Shown: positions 1-13,070, numbered from the stretch's first letter. The stretch: DNA of 43,782 bases from Chiloscyllium plagiosum (GCF_004010195.1 NC_057718.1:12063950-12107731); one strand, 5' to 3'. Notes: generated by a model from the sequence alone, not told the origin. Made by a program: numbers and translations.

Positions 1-300
1 TCCACCTCCACAATCGCTACCAGGACCACCGCCCCCGCAAACACCGCCAGGACCACCGCCCCCACAAACACCGCCAGGACCACCGCCTCCGCGATCACCG
101 GCAGGACCACCGCCTCCATGATCACCACCCCCGCGATCACCACCAGGACCACCGCCTCCACGATCACCGGCAGGACCACCGCCTCCACGATCACCGGCAG
201 GACCACTGCCTCCACGATCACCACTAGGACCACAGCCTCCGTGATTGCTGTCAGAATCACAGCCTCCGCAATCACCACTGGGACCACTGCAGCCAAAACC
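1..300 (+). repeat. 27-bp tandem repeat array (about ACCACCGCCTCCACGATCACCGGCAGG) in the PLE 5' region
   Basis: Directly visible periodicity; gives (TTASTITGR)n in ORF 118-354. Confidence 0.9.
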
Positions 301-980
301 TCTGCAAAGGCTGCCCATCACATCACTTCCGTCCCCCTGGTTGCTCCTGCCTAGGCCACTTCTGCTCCCACATACGTCACTCATTGGAACACCGCCGATG
401 AACACGCCATCCCCGCACCCGCCTCCGCCCCCGCGGTTACTGCCAAACGTGCCACTTCTGCCCTTACTGTCATTCACCCCAGCCCCACCCATCCAGCCAT
501 TGAAACTGCGGACATCACATAGAACGTCACTTGCACCCCTGCGGATGCCACGGAATGCATTGCTTCCACCGTCTCAAGTTCTCCAAGCTCTCACCCTCAC
601 AAAGCCCAGCGCTCCATTCCCTTTGCTCCAACCCCAACCTCACTGTTAAACCAGCGGACAAGGGGGGAGCTGTAGTAGTTTGGCACACCGACCTTCAAAC
701 CACTGAAGCCAGGCACCAACTCACGGATACCACCTCCTATCACCAAACTATCATCTCCTAGACAATACATTACCTCATCACCTCAGGGGATCTCACATCC
801 ACAGCCTCCAACCTCAGTCCCGGAAACCTGCACTGCCCAGATCTACCTCTCATCCAATGTTCACAAACCTGACTGTCCCAGTTGACCCATCGTCTTTGCC
901 TGGTCCTGCCACACCAAAATTATCTCCTCATAGCTTGACACCCTCCTGTCCCCCCTTGTTCCAGGAACTGCCCACATCCA

Positions 981-1092
981 GTCAGAATCACAGCCTCCAC
1001 GATCAACACCACGTCCACCGCCTCCACGATCACCGCCAGGTCCACTGCGTCCGCGATCGCCACCAGGACCACCGCCTCCACAATCGCCACCC
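981..1092 (+). repeat. Second block of the same 27-bp repeat, interrupting the PLE RT region
   Basis: gtcagaatcacagcctcc...caccaggaccaccgcctccacaatcgc matches the 1-300 array and lies between QELPT and HTLHLL RT codons. Confidence 0.8.
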
Positions 1093-2125
1093 ACACCCTC
1101 CACCTCCTCTATGACTTTCATCTGCCTGGCCCCCATCTTCATCATGGACATCCAGTCCCTGTACATACCCATCGGCTTTGGCGAAGGCCTCTAAGCCCTC
1201 CTTTTCTTACTCCTCCACCAACACTCTCATTCGATTGGCTGAACTGGTCCTCACCCTCAACAACTTCTCCTTTGAACCCTCCCATTTCCTACGGACCAAA
1301 GGGGTAGCCATGGGCACCCGCATGAGCTCCAGCTTTGCCAGCCTCTTCGTCGGATATGTAGAATAGTCCATCTTCCGCAGTTACACTGGCACCACCAACC
1401 CCTCTTTTCCTCCACTACATTGAAAATTGTATCAGCGCCTCGTGCTCCCATGAGGAGGTTGAACATTTCATCAACTTCAAAAACACCTTCCACCCTGACC
1501 TCAAGTTCACTGGACCATCTCAGGCACCCTCCTCCCCTTCCTGGACCTCTCCGTCTCCATCTCCAGCGACCAACTCAACACGGACATTTATTTCAAATCC
1601 ACCGACTCTCACATCTTCCTGGACTACACCTCCTCCCACCCTGCCTCCTGTAAGAACGCTGTCCCTTACTCTCAATTTCTCCGCCTACACCGTATCTGCT
1701 CCCAGGAGAAGCAATTCCACTCCAGGACGTTCCAGATGGCCTCCTATTTCGAGAACCGCAATTTGCTCTCCCATATGATCAACAATGTATCTCCTCCATT
1801 TCCTGCACCTCCGCCCTTGAACCCCACCCCTCCAACAAGTTAGAACTCCCCAGTCCTCACCTTCTATTCCACTACCTACAATCAGACACCATCACTAGAA
1901 ATATATTTCCCTCCCCACCCCATCGGCATTTCGCAGAGACCATACCCTTCTGCAACTCCTTTATTCGTCCCATGCCCCCCCACCAACCCACTCTCCACTG
2001 CTCCCACCTACGCCGCAAAGCGTAAACCTGCGCCCACACTTACCCCCTCACCTCTGTCCAAGGCTCCAAAGGATCCTTCCACATCCAGCAGAGATTTTCC
2101 TGCATAGCCAAATACCTCATCTACT

Positions 2126-2344
2126 GTCGACAGGGTGGTGCTGGAAAAGCACAGCAGGTCAGGCAGCATCTGAAGAGCAGGCGAATCGACGTTTCAGGCA
2201 AATGTCCTTCACCAGAATTCCTGATGAAGGGCTTTTGCCGAAATGTCAATTCTCCTGCTCCTCGGATGCTGCCTGACCTGCTGTGCTTTTCCAGCACCAT
2301 ACTCTCAACCCTAATCTCCAGCATCTGCAGTCCTCACTTTCACC
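2126..2344. mobile_element. Foldback (head-to-head) PLE terminal-repeat insertion inside the GIY-YIG coding region
   Basis: Arms ~2126-2215 and ~2221-2309 are reverse complements (GTGCTGGAAAAGCACAGCAGGTCAGGCAGCATC / GATGCTGCCTGACCTGCTGTGCTTTTCCAGCAC). Partly decayed hammerhead core CTGATGAAGGGCTTTTGCCGAAATGTC at 2221-2247; unpaired tail 2310-2344. Confidence 0.88.
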
Positions 2345-2984
2345 TAGTTGTGTCTGTTGCTTTCAATGTGGTCTCCTCTATTCTGGGGAGACAGGACACC
2401 AATTTGTGGAATGCTTCAGGGAACATCTCTACGCGACATGCACTGAACAATCCCACCATCCCGTGTCCAACCACTTCAACTCCCCCTCCCACTTCGCCAA
2501 GGACATGCAGGTCCTGGGCCTCCTCCACCACCAAATCCAGCCACCCGCGCTGGAGGAAGAATGCCTCCTCTTCCGCCTTGGGACCCTCCAACCACACGGC
2601 ATCAACTTCAACTTCACCAGTTTCCTCATCTACCCTCCCCCCACATCATCCCAGATCCAACCCTCCAACTTGGCACCGCCCTCTTGAACTGCCCTACCTG
2701 CCCATTTTCCTTCCCACCTATCCCCTCCACCTTCCCCTCTGACTTATCACCATCATCCCCCCCACCAGCATCTACCTATCACCTTCCCAGCTACCTTACT
2801 CCCACCCCCATCCCAGCCTCCTATTTATCTCTCAGCTCCCTTCCCCGCACCACATTCCTGATGAAGGGCTTATTCCCAAAACGTCAATTCTCCTGTTCCT
2901 CGGATGCTGTCTGACCTGCTGTGCTTTTCCAGCACCACACTCTTCAACTCTGATCTCCAACATCTGCAGTTCTCACTTTCTCCT

Positions 2985-3556
2985 TGCCACACAAAGTGGC
3001 TACAGAAACAGGCTAGAGGCTAGGAATACTGCATTGAGTAACTCACCTCCTGACTCCCTGAAGCCTGTCATTCAGCTATAAGTCACAAGTTGGGAGTGTG
3101 ATGGAATACATCCCACTTGCCTGGATGAGTGAAGTTCCAATGACACTCAAGAAGCTTGACACCATCTAGATCAAATCAGCCTGCTTGGTTTGTACTACAT
3201 CCACAAACATCCAATCCCACCACCACCAATGATCAATAGTAGCAGTGTGTACTATTTACAAGATGCATGGCAGAAATTCACAAAAGATCCTTCGACAGCA
3301 TCTTCCAAATCCACGACCACTTCTATCTGGGAGAACGAGGGCAGCAAATAGATGGGAACGCAGCCACCTGCAGGTTCCCACTAAGCCACTCATCATCCTC
3401 ACTCAGATGTCATTCCTTCACTGTTACTGGGTCTACCTACAACACATGGACTGCAACAGTTCAAGAAGGCAGCTCATCACCATCTTCTCAAGGCAATTAG
3501 CGAGAGGCAATAAATGCTGATCAGCCAGTGACACCCATGTCCCACAACTGAATAAC
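2985..3556 (+). mobile_element. 3' fragment of the CR1-group LINE family also at 18473-21425
   Basis: YKSQVGSVMEYIPLAWMSEVPMTLKKLDTI-like ORF2 C-terminus; shares GAGTAACTCACCTCCTGACTCC and the GGCAATAAATGCTG...CCCAC tail with ~20930-21425. Confidence 0.8.
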
Positions 3557-5834
3557 TTTTTAAAAATTGCAGTCCAAACAATTCATCTGGAAGAATTTCT
3601 GCTTCTATCTGAGTGGCAGAAGGGCTTTGGTCCCCAATCTTTTACCTGCATTCATTCTTTATGGATAGCTGGAGTTTTCTACATGTTGCTCATTCTCAAT
3701 CTGTCAGCAGCACCCACCACTCCCGAGTGGGCTGCAAAAGCCCTACAGCTCCTTGCCTTCTGTTTGGCCTTTAAGCCTGTGAGTGGAGAAATGGCCTATT
3801 AAGAGGCCAACTCCAGGGAGATTGTGCTATTGGTCTCATTGTTAGCATGTGCATACACATTTCCCTGGAAATGTTGACTGATTTTACAGGTCTAATCATC
3901 TTGTGGTCGAACATAATTATTTTGGTTGTATTTTGGTTTTCCTTTCATTAAATCGCTGATTATATGATTGAGTAGGGTCCAATTACATGAAGTTCGAGAC
4001 TATCAATTCCCTGGCAATCCAGTCTGTCAGAACTGTCACTGCCCAGAGGTAAGGGTCAAGCACACCGTGGCAGAAATGATAATTGCACCAGCTCTAAGTA
4101 AAACATCATAAAGTACTGAAAAACACCCAATGTGTCATTTTTAGATGGATTATAGCAAGTATATCATGCACCATTTTCCATTTGTTGGTTTAATACTGAA
4201 AAGCGTTATACCTCGACTTTTGAGTATGTTAAAAATAAATTCAACCAACTGATTTCTTGTATTAATATGCCTACAAGTGCAGGGTTTCAACATAACTTGA
4301 AGTGCAATGTCTTTTGTAACGTCTTCATCAACTTTCAGTACTTATCAGTGATCATGATTGTTTAAAATTAGCATTTTGTAAGTAAACTAGTTTTGACTTC
4401 CATGTTAACTGAAAGCAAAATAGCAAGCAAATAGCGAAGTATAGAGTGAATTAAAGATTAGGTCATATTCTGTACATCTCAATGAGAAATCTTGTCTGAA
4501 GTGCCGGTGGAGATGAAGGACAGTACCGCATCACAACATGGTAAGAGCTTTTAAGTTAATTTAGAAGGGATATAAATAGTCATTTGGGAGCTTGAGTATT
4601 CCTGAGAAAAATACATATTTGATGAGGCATTTTGTTTTTTACTCATTCAGGACAATTTGCAAAAATATAAATGTAAAGGGGACCATTTTCATACGGTCTA
4701 AAAACAGCATGCTGCAAAGTTGGCAAGTGGATGCTGATTGTAGAGGGATTACCATGGAGAATCCACAACTTAAATAATGATTAATAGGTAACAGTCAAAC
4801 TTTGTTTAAATTTAATCCAATAGTTTGACTCTGACCAGTCAAGACATGCTCCTTAGAAATGAACCACAGAATAGCTGTTAATTGCTTTCTTCAGTTGAAA
4901 GCCATGTTCTCAAAACTTTGAGCAACAAGTGAAGGTAGATGTTTCTTGCTGCTGATATGCAGTAGTAACAGAGTGGTGTTTGCCGCTACTGGGATGCTAC
5001 CATTAAGCTAAATACACACTATGCCTATCAGACAAATGAAGCATGTGGTATAATAATTTCAATGACAAAGTGATGCTACATATATAGGCCATACGTTCCA
5101 TAGCATGGTGGATAAAGTCAAATGTTTACAACAGGCAATGTACTAACCATGCCAAACATCCTGTGCTTGCTAAATCATTAAAAACAGTATCCAACATTGG
5201 TATTGATTCTACAATGGGACAATATTTGCTACATAATTGTTGATGTGTGAAACCTTATGCTAACAACCAATTTAAGACTTTCAATTGGACTCACAGAGAG
5301 ACGTACTTGCACATCTTGCACATATTGAAACCTATACAGGGCCCTGTTCTTTGTCGACAGTAAGAATACATATGTACACTGCACCTGTTAGAACTGAACA
5401 AAACAGACAACAATCCCTCCCTGGTTCATTCCTCAAGGCAATGACTTGACCAGTCTGTGTCAAGCTGCCTGGTTTAAATTTAAATGAAGTTTGGTAGATG
5501 ACTGCCAGTAGTCATGCACTCTCCACCTCTATCCATCCGAGACCACTTGCCAATCAATCAAGATGTTCTTCTCATACTTATAAAAATGTTGTTCCTGTAT
5601 TCTGGCGAATAGTGCAAATGAGTGCAAGATGAGATCTTGAAACTAGATGTGTCTTTTCTCAATAATACACAGGCAAAACACTTTGCATTGTCTAAATCTA
5701 TAATCCAGTTAATCAACACTGCATGAACCTTATTTCCATAAAACTCATCACACGTAAAGTTTGTATTCCTATTCACTTGAAGCCTATTTTTACAAAGGGA
5801 CATGACAAAAAAGTCCACTCAGAATATTTTCTTA

Positions 5835-5933
<99 letters not shown>

Positions 5934-6096
5934 CTAAAACAAGATGAAGATAACACACAGATTACTGATAAATATCAATTTTCATGACTGTAAATTAATG
6001 TTTAAATGGAATACCTAATTGTTTTGGGAAAATAAACTAAAACTTTGAGGATAAAATTAACAAAATTGAAAAGGGAGAACTAGTGATATTTTTCAA

Positions 6097-6192
6097 TCAG
6101 AGATGTTATCACACACCTCTGGAATGAGTAAGACTTGACGCCAGGTCTCCTAATTCAGAGATAGAGACACTACAACTGCACCACAATAACCC
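6097..6192 (-). mobile_element. Short tRNA-derived SINE (related copies at ~6282-6332, 29557-29657 and a split copy at 30025-30060/32779-32830)
   Basis: Minus strand GGGTTATTGTGGTGCAGTTG (A-box-like)...GGCGTCAAGTC (B-box-like)...CCAGAGGTGTGTGATAACATCTCTGA; similar to the other copies in the window. Confidence 0.6.
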
Positions 6193-6872
6193 TTACTTAG
6201 ATTTTCAAAAAGCTGTCAGCAACGTAACATACAAGTGGTTCATGAACAAGAGATAAAGGGAATAGATATTTTTGAATAAACGTGTTCAGAGATATTGTAC
6301 ACCCCTGCAGCAAGTGGGACTTGAACCCAGGATTTGGAGAATGGATCAGCATAGATTGAAAATGAGTAGACAGAAAACAGAAAGTATGAATAAGTAAGTG
6401 ATTTTCAGGTATTCATACTCTGACTAATGGGGTGCTGTTAAGGACCATTTTTTGAGTCCTAGATAGTCACAATTTATATCGATGATTTGGATGTAGGAAT
6501 TATCCAAGTTTGTATATAACATAAAACTAAGTGGAAGCATGAACTGTGAAGGGCAAACAAAAATACTTCAAGAGAATTTAGAGAAGCAAAAGAGTAGACA
6601 AAAAAATGGCAGATGGAAATATGAAATATTTAAAGTTATCCACTTTCATACGAAGAAACAGAAGGTGCAGTATTTCTTAAAAGACGAAAGACTGGGAAGT
6701 GTTGAACTTAAAAGGGATTGGGCTGTTCTTGCTCATCAGTTATTGCAAGTAAGCACGCAGATATAGCAAACTATTAAGATATTGATAATAACACTGAAAT
6801 GCTGAATAATCTCAACAGGTCTGGCAGCAGCTGTGGAGAGAGAAAATCAGAGTTAATGGTTCAAGTCCCATA

Positions 6873-7048
6873 CTGGATACTTTCAAGAAAGAGTTGGATA
6901 GAGCTCTCAAGGATAGTGGAATCAAGGGTTATAGAGATAAGGCAGGAACAGGATACTGATTGAGGATGATCAGCCATGATCATAATGAATGGTGGTGCAG
7001 GCTCGAAGGGCAGAATGGCCTACTCCTGCACCTATTGTCTATTGTCTA
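6873..7048 (+). mobile_element. Young CR1 (HER1-like) 3' end with (ATTGTCT)n tail
   Basis: LDTFKKELDRALKDSGIKGY codons and a 3' UTR near-identical to the reverse complement of 30058-30230. Confidence 0.85.
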
Positions 7049-7070
7049 CTGAGAACCAGATGTTAGTTTG

Positions 7071-7568
7071 ATCCCATCTCGACCCTTCTGTTTTCATTCT
7101 GCTCCGTAATTTTATTTTTTATTTTTTTCACTGTTCTGTACCTCTTGTTTCTTGATTGTCTCTCTTTCTCTCGCTCCCTACTCTCTCATCACCTTTTACT
7201 TCTCCTCTTCCCCCTTCTCCCCTATTTTCCATTTTGCCCCTGCTTCATCCATCCCCCCATCCCCCACATATTTTGTCACATAGCACTGGCTTCAGCCTTG
7301 GTCGTTCACAGCTCCTAATCTCCCTATAATCTCTCTATGCACTGTCATTATCACCTCTTTATTGCTACCTTTGCTTCTGGAGCCATGACTCACCTTCTCT
7401 CAGCCTGGTATAAATACCTCCCTATTTCACCCTTTTTTTTTAAGCTTTGACAAAGGGTCAGTTAGACTCGAAATGTCAGGTCTTTTCTCTCCTTACAGAT
7501 GCTGCCAGACCTGCTGAGATTTTCCAGCATTTTCAGATTCCAGCATCCACAGTATTTGCTTTTATCCA
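7071..7568 (+). mobile_element. 3' fragment of a second PLE family with a variant hammerhead-like motif and 11-bp flanking duplication
   Basis: ATGTTAGTTTG at 7060-7070 and 7569-7579. Pyrimidine-rich body, then TTGACAA-A-GGGTC-AGTTA-GACTC-GAAA-TGTC (7447-7477) and CAGATGCTGCCAGACCTGCTGAG. Confidence 0.75.
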
Positions 7569-9149
7569 ATGTTAGTTTGTTGGCCTTTCTTACTAGAATA
7601 TTTGAGTATTAATATAAAGGCTTTGTATTGCAATTATATGTCAGATCACATCTGAAATACTATGGGCAGTTTTGGTCTCCTTACCCAAGGAAAGATATAC
7701 TTGATATAGAGAGTGTGTTTCTGTTCACCGGAGGCACGCTAAGTTAATTCCTGGGATGAAAGGACTGCCGTGTGAGGCAAGTTTAAATAGCCTAAATCTT
7801 TTTCTCTGGAGTTCAGAAGATGAGAGATGATCTCATTCAAACATGCAAACTCTTACAGGGCTTGACAGGGATAGATGCAAGATGGATGTTTCCCCTGGCT
7901 TGGGGCATGTTGAGTACCAGATGACACAGAATGAGAGGTAGGTATTTTAGGACTGAGATGAAGAGGAAACTTTGCACTCAGAGGATGGTGAATCTTTGGA
8001 ATTCTCTGCCTCAGAGGGGCAGATTGAGATAGGTAAATTTCAATGTAATAAAGATATCAGGAGATACGGGATTGTGCAGGGAAATTGTCTGAAGTAGCTA
8101 ATAAAGCACAATCTAACTGAATGATGGAAAAGGATCAAAGGGCTGAATAGCCTATTACTATTCCAATTTCTTGTGGTGTTAAAATGAGCATGTCTTCAAA
8201 ATATCATTATCATAAAATTAAATATTAACATTAGCTAAATAATATGCTCACAACTTAAATCATTATGGCATTATTGTTTTCCTACAGAAAGGTGAAGAGC
8301 TACATTCCAGGAGAAAATGCTTGAAGGGATTTCTCAGAGGCATCATAATCTTAATAGAAAAGCAAAGCATCGCAGATACGTGGGTTTGGATGAAAGCTCA
8401 GCAACCCAAAACCTTAACTCTTTTTCTTTTTCCACACATGCTGCCAGACCTGCTGAGTATTTCTGGCATTTTTTTATTACTAATGTTAATGGAAGGATTA
8501 CATGATACAGAGCTTTAGACTGCTGGTGCATACATAGTGAAATTCTACAAATGTTATCTATCTTAACAGTGGGCTTTTCTTTCTCCACAAAGGAGTGGAT
8601 ATGTATAATCTTTGTGGCTATTAGCAAACGTACTCAGTACTGTGTTCATTAGCACCTTCAAGTAAATATCTGAAACAGGATTTTCTTAGAATTAAGACTA
8701 AAACAAAGATAACATCCCATGGAATTCTGAGCTCTGGGGATTAACGCAACCTCATATGTTCAAAACAAACATATAAACAAAGGAATCAAGTGTCATAGTG
8801 GACAGAAAAGAGAATGAAGATAACACCAAAACTGGATTAGCATTGATTTTATTGAATGGTAGCACAGGCTCAAAGTGCCAATCTCTTAGTCTAAAATCCT
8901 ATTTTCTCAGGTCCTATGCTCCTAACAGCTAGGTTTGAACAGATGACCACATAATTGTTTTAAAAATCATCTTGAATGGAGAGAAAGCAGAAAAAGTCAT
9001 GCTGAATCTTCCTTCAGGATGTTACAATAATATAGGTAATGCGTTCAATGTTCCATGGTTCAAATGGCTTGTGTCATCCTAATCTTTTTTTTCTCATATG
9101 TATGAAACAACTGCAATAACAACTGCTAATCTTTCTTCTTTATCTTACA

Positions 9150-9335
9150 TCACAAGACAATTCACAGGAGAGTAATCAAACAAAATTTGACATTGATCTA
9201 CATAAGAAGAAATCAAGACAGGTGACCAAACACTTGTTCACTGAAGTAGATTTCAAGTAGCAAAGAGTTTAAGGAGGTGAGACAGAGAGACAAAACAACT
9301 TCGGGAGGGAATTGGGATCTTAGGCAACTGAGGGT
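9150..9335 (-). mobile_element. Probable L2 LINE 3' end remnant
   Basis: TTCACAGGAG..AATCAAACAAAATTTGAC...GACAGGTGACCAAA...GGGAGGGAATT resembles an elasmobranch L2 3' end as I recall it; not checked against a library. Confidence 0.45.
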
Positions 9336-9449
9336 ATAGGAGACATTATACACTAGAGAAGAACTGTCTTTCAACAGAATCCACGTCCACACTTTTAGTG
9401 AGAGCTTTATCTCAGTTAATTACACTGTATAAAACTCACAATCAACTGA

Positions 9450-12400
9450 TTAGATTAAGTGGGTAAAAAACTGGCAAATAGAGCATAATGTGAGAAGTTG
9501 TGAAGTTGTTCATTTTGAAAGGGAGAACAAAAGAACACTCCTGTTTAAATGGAAAAAAACTTCAGAAAGCTGCAACACAAAGGAACTTGGGGTGACTTGT
9601 GTATAAAAGGCAGAAAAACACAGGTGCAGCAGGTAATCAGGAATGGAAGGTTGACCATTATTTCAAGGGGAATATAAAAGTTGGGAAGTCTTACTGCAAC
9701 TGTGTGATGTGCGGGTGAGACTACTCCTGGAGTACAGTAAGCTGTTTTGGTTCCTTATTTAAGGAAAGATATTATTTAATTGGAGGCAGTTCAAAGAAGG
9801 TCCACTCGGAGATCCCAGTATAAAGGCATTGTCTTATGAGCAAGGGTTAAACACATAAGGCTTAATTCGCTGGAGTTTAGAAGAATGAGAGGTGATCTCA
9901 TTGAAACATAGGATTCTAAAGGGGCTTGACAGGGTAGAACATAGAACATAAAATAATACAGCACAGAACAGGCCCTTCGGCCCTCGATATTGCGCCAACC
10001 TGTGAATTAATCTAAGCTCAATACCCTACACTATCCCATAATCATCCATATACTTATCCAAGGGTTGTTTAAATGCCCCTAATGTGGCTGAGTTAACTAC
10101 ATTAGCAGATAAGGCATTCCACGCTCTTACCACTCTGAGTAAAGAACCTGCCTCTAACATCTGTCTTAAATCTATCACCCCTCATTTTGTCGCTATGCCC
10201 CCCTCATCCAAGCTGACGTCATCATCATCCTGGGAAAACGACTTTCACTGTCTACCCTATCTAATCTTCTGATCATTTTGTATGTCTCCATCAGATCCCT
10301 TCTTAGCCTTCTTCTTTCCAGTGAGAACAGACCCAAGTCTCTCAGCCTTTCCTCATAAGACCTTCCCTCCAGACCAGGCAACATCCTGGTGAATTTCCTC
10401 TGCACCTTTTCCAATGCTTCCACATCCTTCCTATAATGGGGCGACCAGAATTGTACACAATATTCCAAGTGCGGCCACACTAGCCTTTTGTATAGTTGCA
10501 GCATGACATTACGGCTACGTAATTCAATCCCTCTACCAATAAAACCTAACACATCGTATGCCTTCTTAACAGCACTATCAACCTGGGTGGCAATTTCAGG
10601 GATCTATGTACATGGACTCGAAGATCCCATGCACATCCACTCTACCAAGAATCTTTCCATTGACCCAGCATTCAGCCTTCCTGTTATTCTTACCAATGTG
10701 AATCACTTTACATTGAACTCCATTTGCAATTCTGCAGTTTATCCAAGTCCCACTGCACTCTGTCCACTACTCCACCAATTTTACTGTCATCTGCAAACTT
10801 ACTAATCCATCCACCTATGCCTGCGTCCAAGTCATTTATATAAACGACAAACAGCAGTGTCCCAAAACAATCCTTGTGGCACACCACTAGTAACCGGACT
10901 CCAGGCTGAATATTTTCCATCAATCACCACTCGCTGCCTTCTTACAGAAAGCCAGTTTCTAATCCAAACTGCTAAATCACCTTCAATTCCACACCTCTGC
11001 ATTTTCTCCAACAGCCTACCATGTGGAACCTTATCAAGGCTTTACCAAAGTCCATGTATACCACGTCAACTGCCCTACCCTCATCTACATGCTTGGTCAC
11101 CTTCTCAAAAACCTCAATGAGGTTTGTGAGACATGACCTGCCCTTGACTATCTGCAATCAAATTGTTGCTTGTTAAATGATTATAACTGCTTATAATCTT
11201 TTCCAGAACGTTTCCTATAACAGGCGTAAGGTTCATTGGTCTATAATTACCTGGGTCATCTCTACTGCCCTTCTTGAACAAGGGCACAACATTTGCAATC
11301 TTTCAGTCCTCTGGTATTAAACCTGTAGTCAATGACGACTCAAAGATCAAGGCCAAAGGCTCCGCTATCTCCTGCCTAGCTTCCCAGAGAATCCTCGGAT
11401 AAATCCCATCCGGCCCTGGGAACTTGTCTGCTTTCACTCCTTCTAGAATTGATAACACCTGTTCGTAACTAACCTCGATCCTTTCTAGTCTAATATCCAG
11501 TATCTCATTGTTCTCCTCTACAATATTCTCCTTTTCCTGAGTGAAAATAGATGAGAAATATTCGCTTAGCACCTCTCTGATCTTCACAGGGTCCACACAC
11601 AACTTCCCACTTCTGTCTTTGACAGGCCTTATTCCTACCCTAGTCATCCTTTTATTCCTCACTTACCTATAGAAAGCTTTAGGATTCTCCTTTATTCTAT
11701 CTGCTAAAGACTGCTCATGTTCCTCCTTCCTCTTCTTAAATCTCTATTTAAATCCTTCCTAGTTCATCTGTAACTCTCCATTGCTTCATCTGAATCATCT
11801 CGTCTCAGCATCACAAAAGCCTCCTTCTTCTGCTTAACAAGAGTTGCAATTTTGTTAGTAAACCGCGGTTCCCTTACCTTATCACTTCCTCCCTGCCTGA
11901 CAGAGGCATAGCTATCAAGGACACGCAACATCTGTTCCTTAAATCAGTTCAACATTTCGATTGTCCCCATCCCCTGCATTTTGCTACCCCATTCTATGCC
12001 TCCTAAGTCTTGCCTAATCGCATTATAATTGCCCTTCCCCCATCTATAACTCTTGTCCTGTGGTATGTACTTATCCCTTTCCATCATTAAATTAAACATA
12101 ACCGAATTATGGTCACTCTCTCCAAAGTGTTCACCTACCACTAAATCAAATACCTGGCCTGGTTCATTACCAAGCACCAGATCCAGTGTGGCCTCCCCTC
12201 TTGTAGGCCCTTTGACAGGAAACCCTCCTGCACACATTGGACAAAAACTGAGTAAATTCTGAGAGGATGTTTGCCTTCATGGGAGAATTTAGGACCAGAG
12301 GGCAAAGTCTCAGTATAAAGGCCATCAGCTTAAGATTGAGATAAGGAGGAATTTGTTTCTCTCAGAGGGTTAAGAGTCTTTGGAACTCCTTGCCACAGAG

Positions 12401-12581
12401 AGCATTGGGGGCTGAGTCCTTGCCTGTATTTAAGCTTGATTTAGATAGATACTTGATGAGTAGAGGAAAAGACAGGAAAGCGGACCTGAGGAATGTCGAA
12501 TTAGCCAAGATCCTACTGAATGGCAGGACAAGCTTGAGGGGCCAAATCGCCTACTCTGTTCCTATTTCTTATGGTCTTATG
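9450..12581 (+). mobile_element. CR1 3' fragment (9450-9935 and 12250-12581) split by a nested antisense CR1
   Basis: Left part ends LEFRRMRGDLIET*..GLDRV; right part resumes ..SERMF..MGEFRTRGQSL and ends in a CR1 3' UTR (GGCCAAATCGCCTACTCTGTTCCTATTTCTTATGGTCTTATG). Confidence 0.75.
9934..12249 (-). mobile_element. 5'-truncated CR1 LINE (end of APE endonuclease, RT, 3' UTR, (ATGTTCT)n tail)
   Basis: Minus-strand ORFs PTRGEATLDLVLGNEPGQV..SDHNSV, PGPDGIYPRILWEA, GRSCLTNLIE..DVVYMDF, YINDLD..SKFADDSK, LEYCVQFWSPHYRKD; frameshifted. Confidence 0.93.
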
Positions 12582-12679
12582 ATTACTAGTTGCCCATATT
12601 TATACAACCAACTCTCACTAAATTTCCTTCATAAGTTTGGAAAACTCTTTTTGGCTCTTGGAAGCATCTACATGCTTGT

Positions 12680-13070
12680 CACCTTGACTCTAACAACTTC
12701 CCCAACTGCCATATTAGGATGAATCTTAGTTAACACTTTAACCCCAAACCTAGTTGACACACCATATCAGTTCAATTACTAAGACTGCCTTCTTTCACTT
12801 GTGGAAATTTGTATAGCTCCAATCCTCTCTCACCTCTGTCAATTAAGATTTAACTATGGTTTCATTCCTTCAAGATTCAATTTTTTTTTAACTACTGAGT
12901 GGGCCAATTTGCTTCAATCCTTCACAAACCCATTCAAAATTCTCCAGCCATTAGACTCCCTTGCACAAGGCTGGCCCTCTTTACGCTGTCTATAAACTCA
13001 CAGTTGGCTTTGAAATTCTGACTGTCCTTTCAAATTCTTTACTGACATCTCCGTATCCTTGAGCAGAGCT
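12680..13070 (+). mobile_element. Very old L2 ORF2 remnant
   Basis: AAGACTGCCTTCTTTCACTTG = KTAFFHL, followed by F.PSRF, resembling the L2 KxAFFHLRNI...FxxSRLDY region. Confidence 0.4.

Larger units (their letters stand above)
1..2983 (+). mobile_element. Decayed Penelope-like retroelement (RT + GIY-YIG endonuclease + 3' terminal repeat), probably Neptune-type
   Basis: Frameshifted peptides: SNPNLTVKPADKGGAVVVW (~630-685), LIRLAELVLTLNNFSF...KGVAMGTRM...FASLFVGYVE (ORF 1178-1366), GIY-YIG-like YLIYC//CCFQCGLLYSGET...FREHL...VSNHFNSPSH...LEEECLLFRLGTLQPHGIN (2113-2620). A remnant Cys-containing linker at ~2005-2040 (..TCAHT) tentatively suggests Neptune. The 3' repeat has a decayed hammerhead core at 2858-2885 and ends CTCACTTTCTCC. 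Confidence 0.9.
6195..8180 (+). mobile_element. Old, heavily decayed CR1 ORF2 3' half, interrupted by younger insertions
   Basis: Remnant motifs DFQKA.., NGV...GP, IYIDDLD, QFWSPY..KDI and a CR1-like 3' end near 8120-8175. Confidence 0.65.

Noticed and set aside
1..300. Periodic array as a CRISPR
   Set aside because: Contiguous degenerate repeats without unique spacers, no cas genes, eukaryotic context.
118..649. Thr-rich and Pro-rich ORFs resembling mucin or extensin
   Set aside because: They are translations of the 27-bp repeat and C-rich PLE sequence, with no splice or gene context.
4480..4546. Possible plus-strand exon ending at ATG|GTAAGA
   Set aside because: No recognisable peptide or clear acceptor; such motifs arise by chance.
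5400..5665. Possible further decayed PLE-like 3' end near the exon
   Set aside because: No intact hammerhead core and no second copy in the window.
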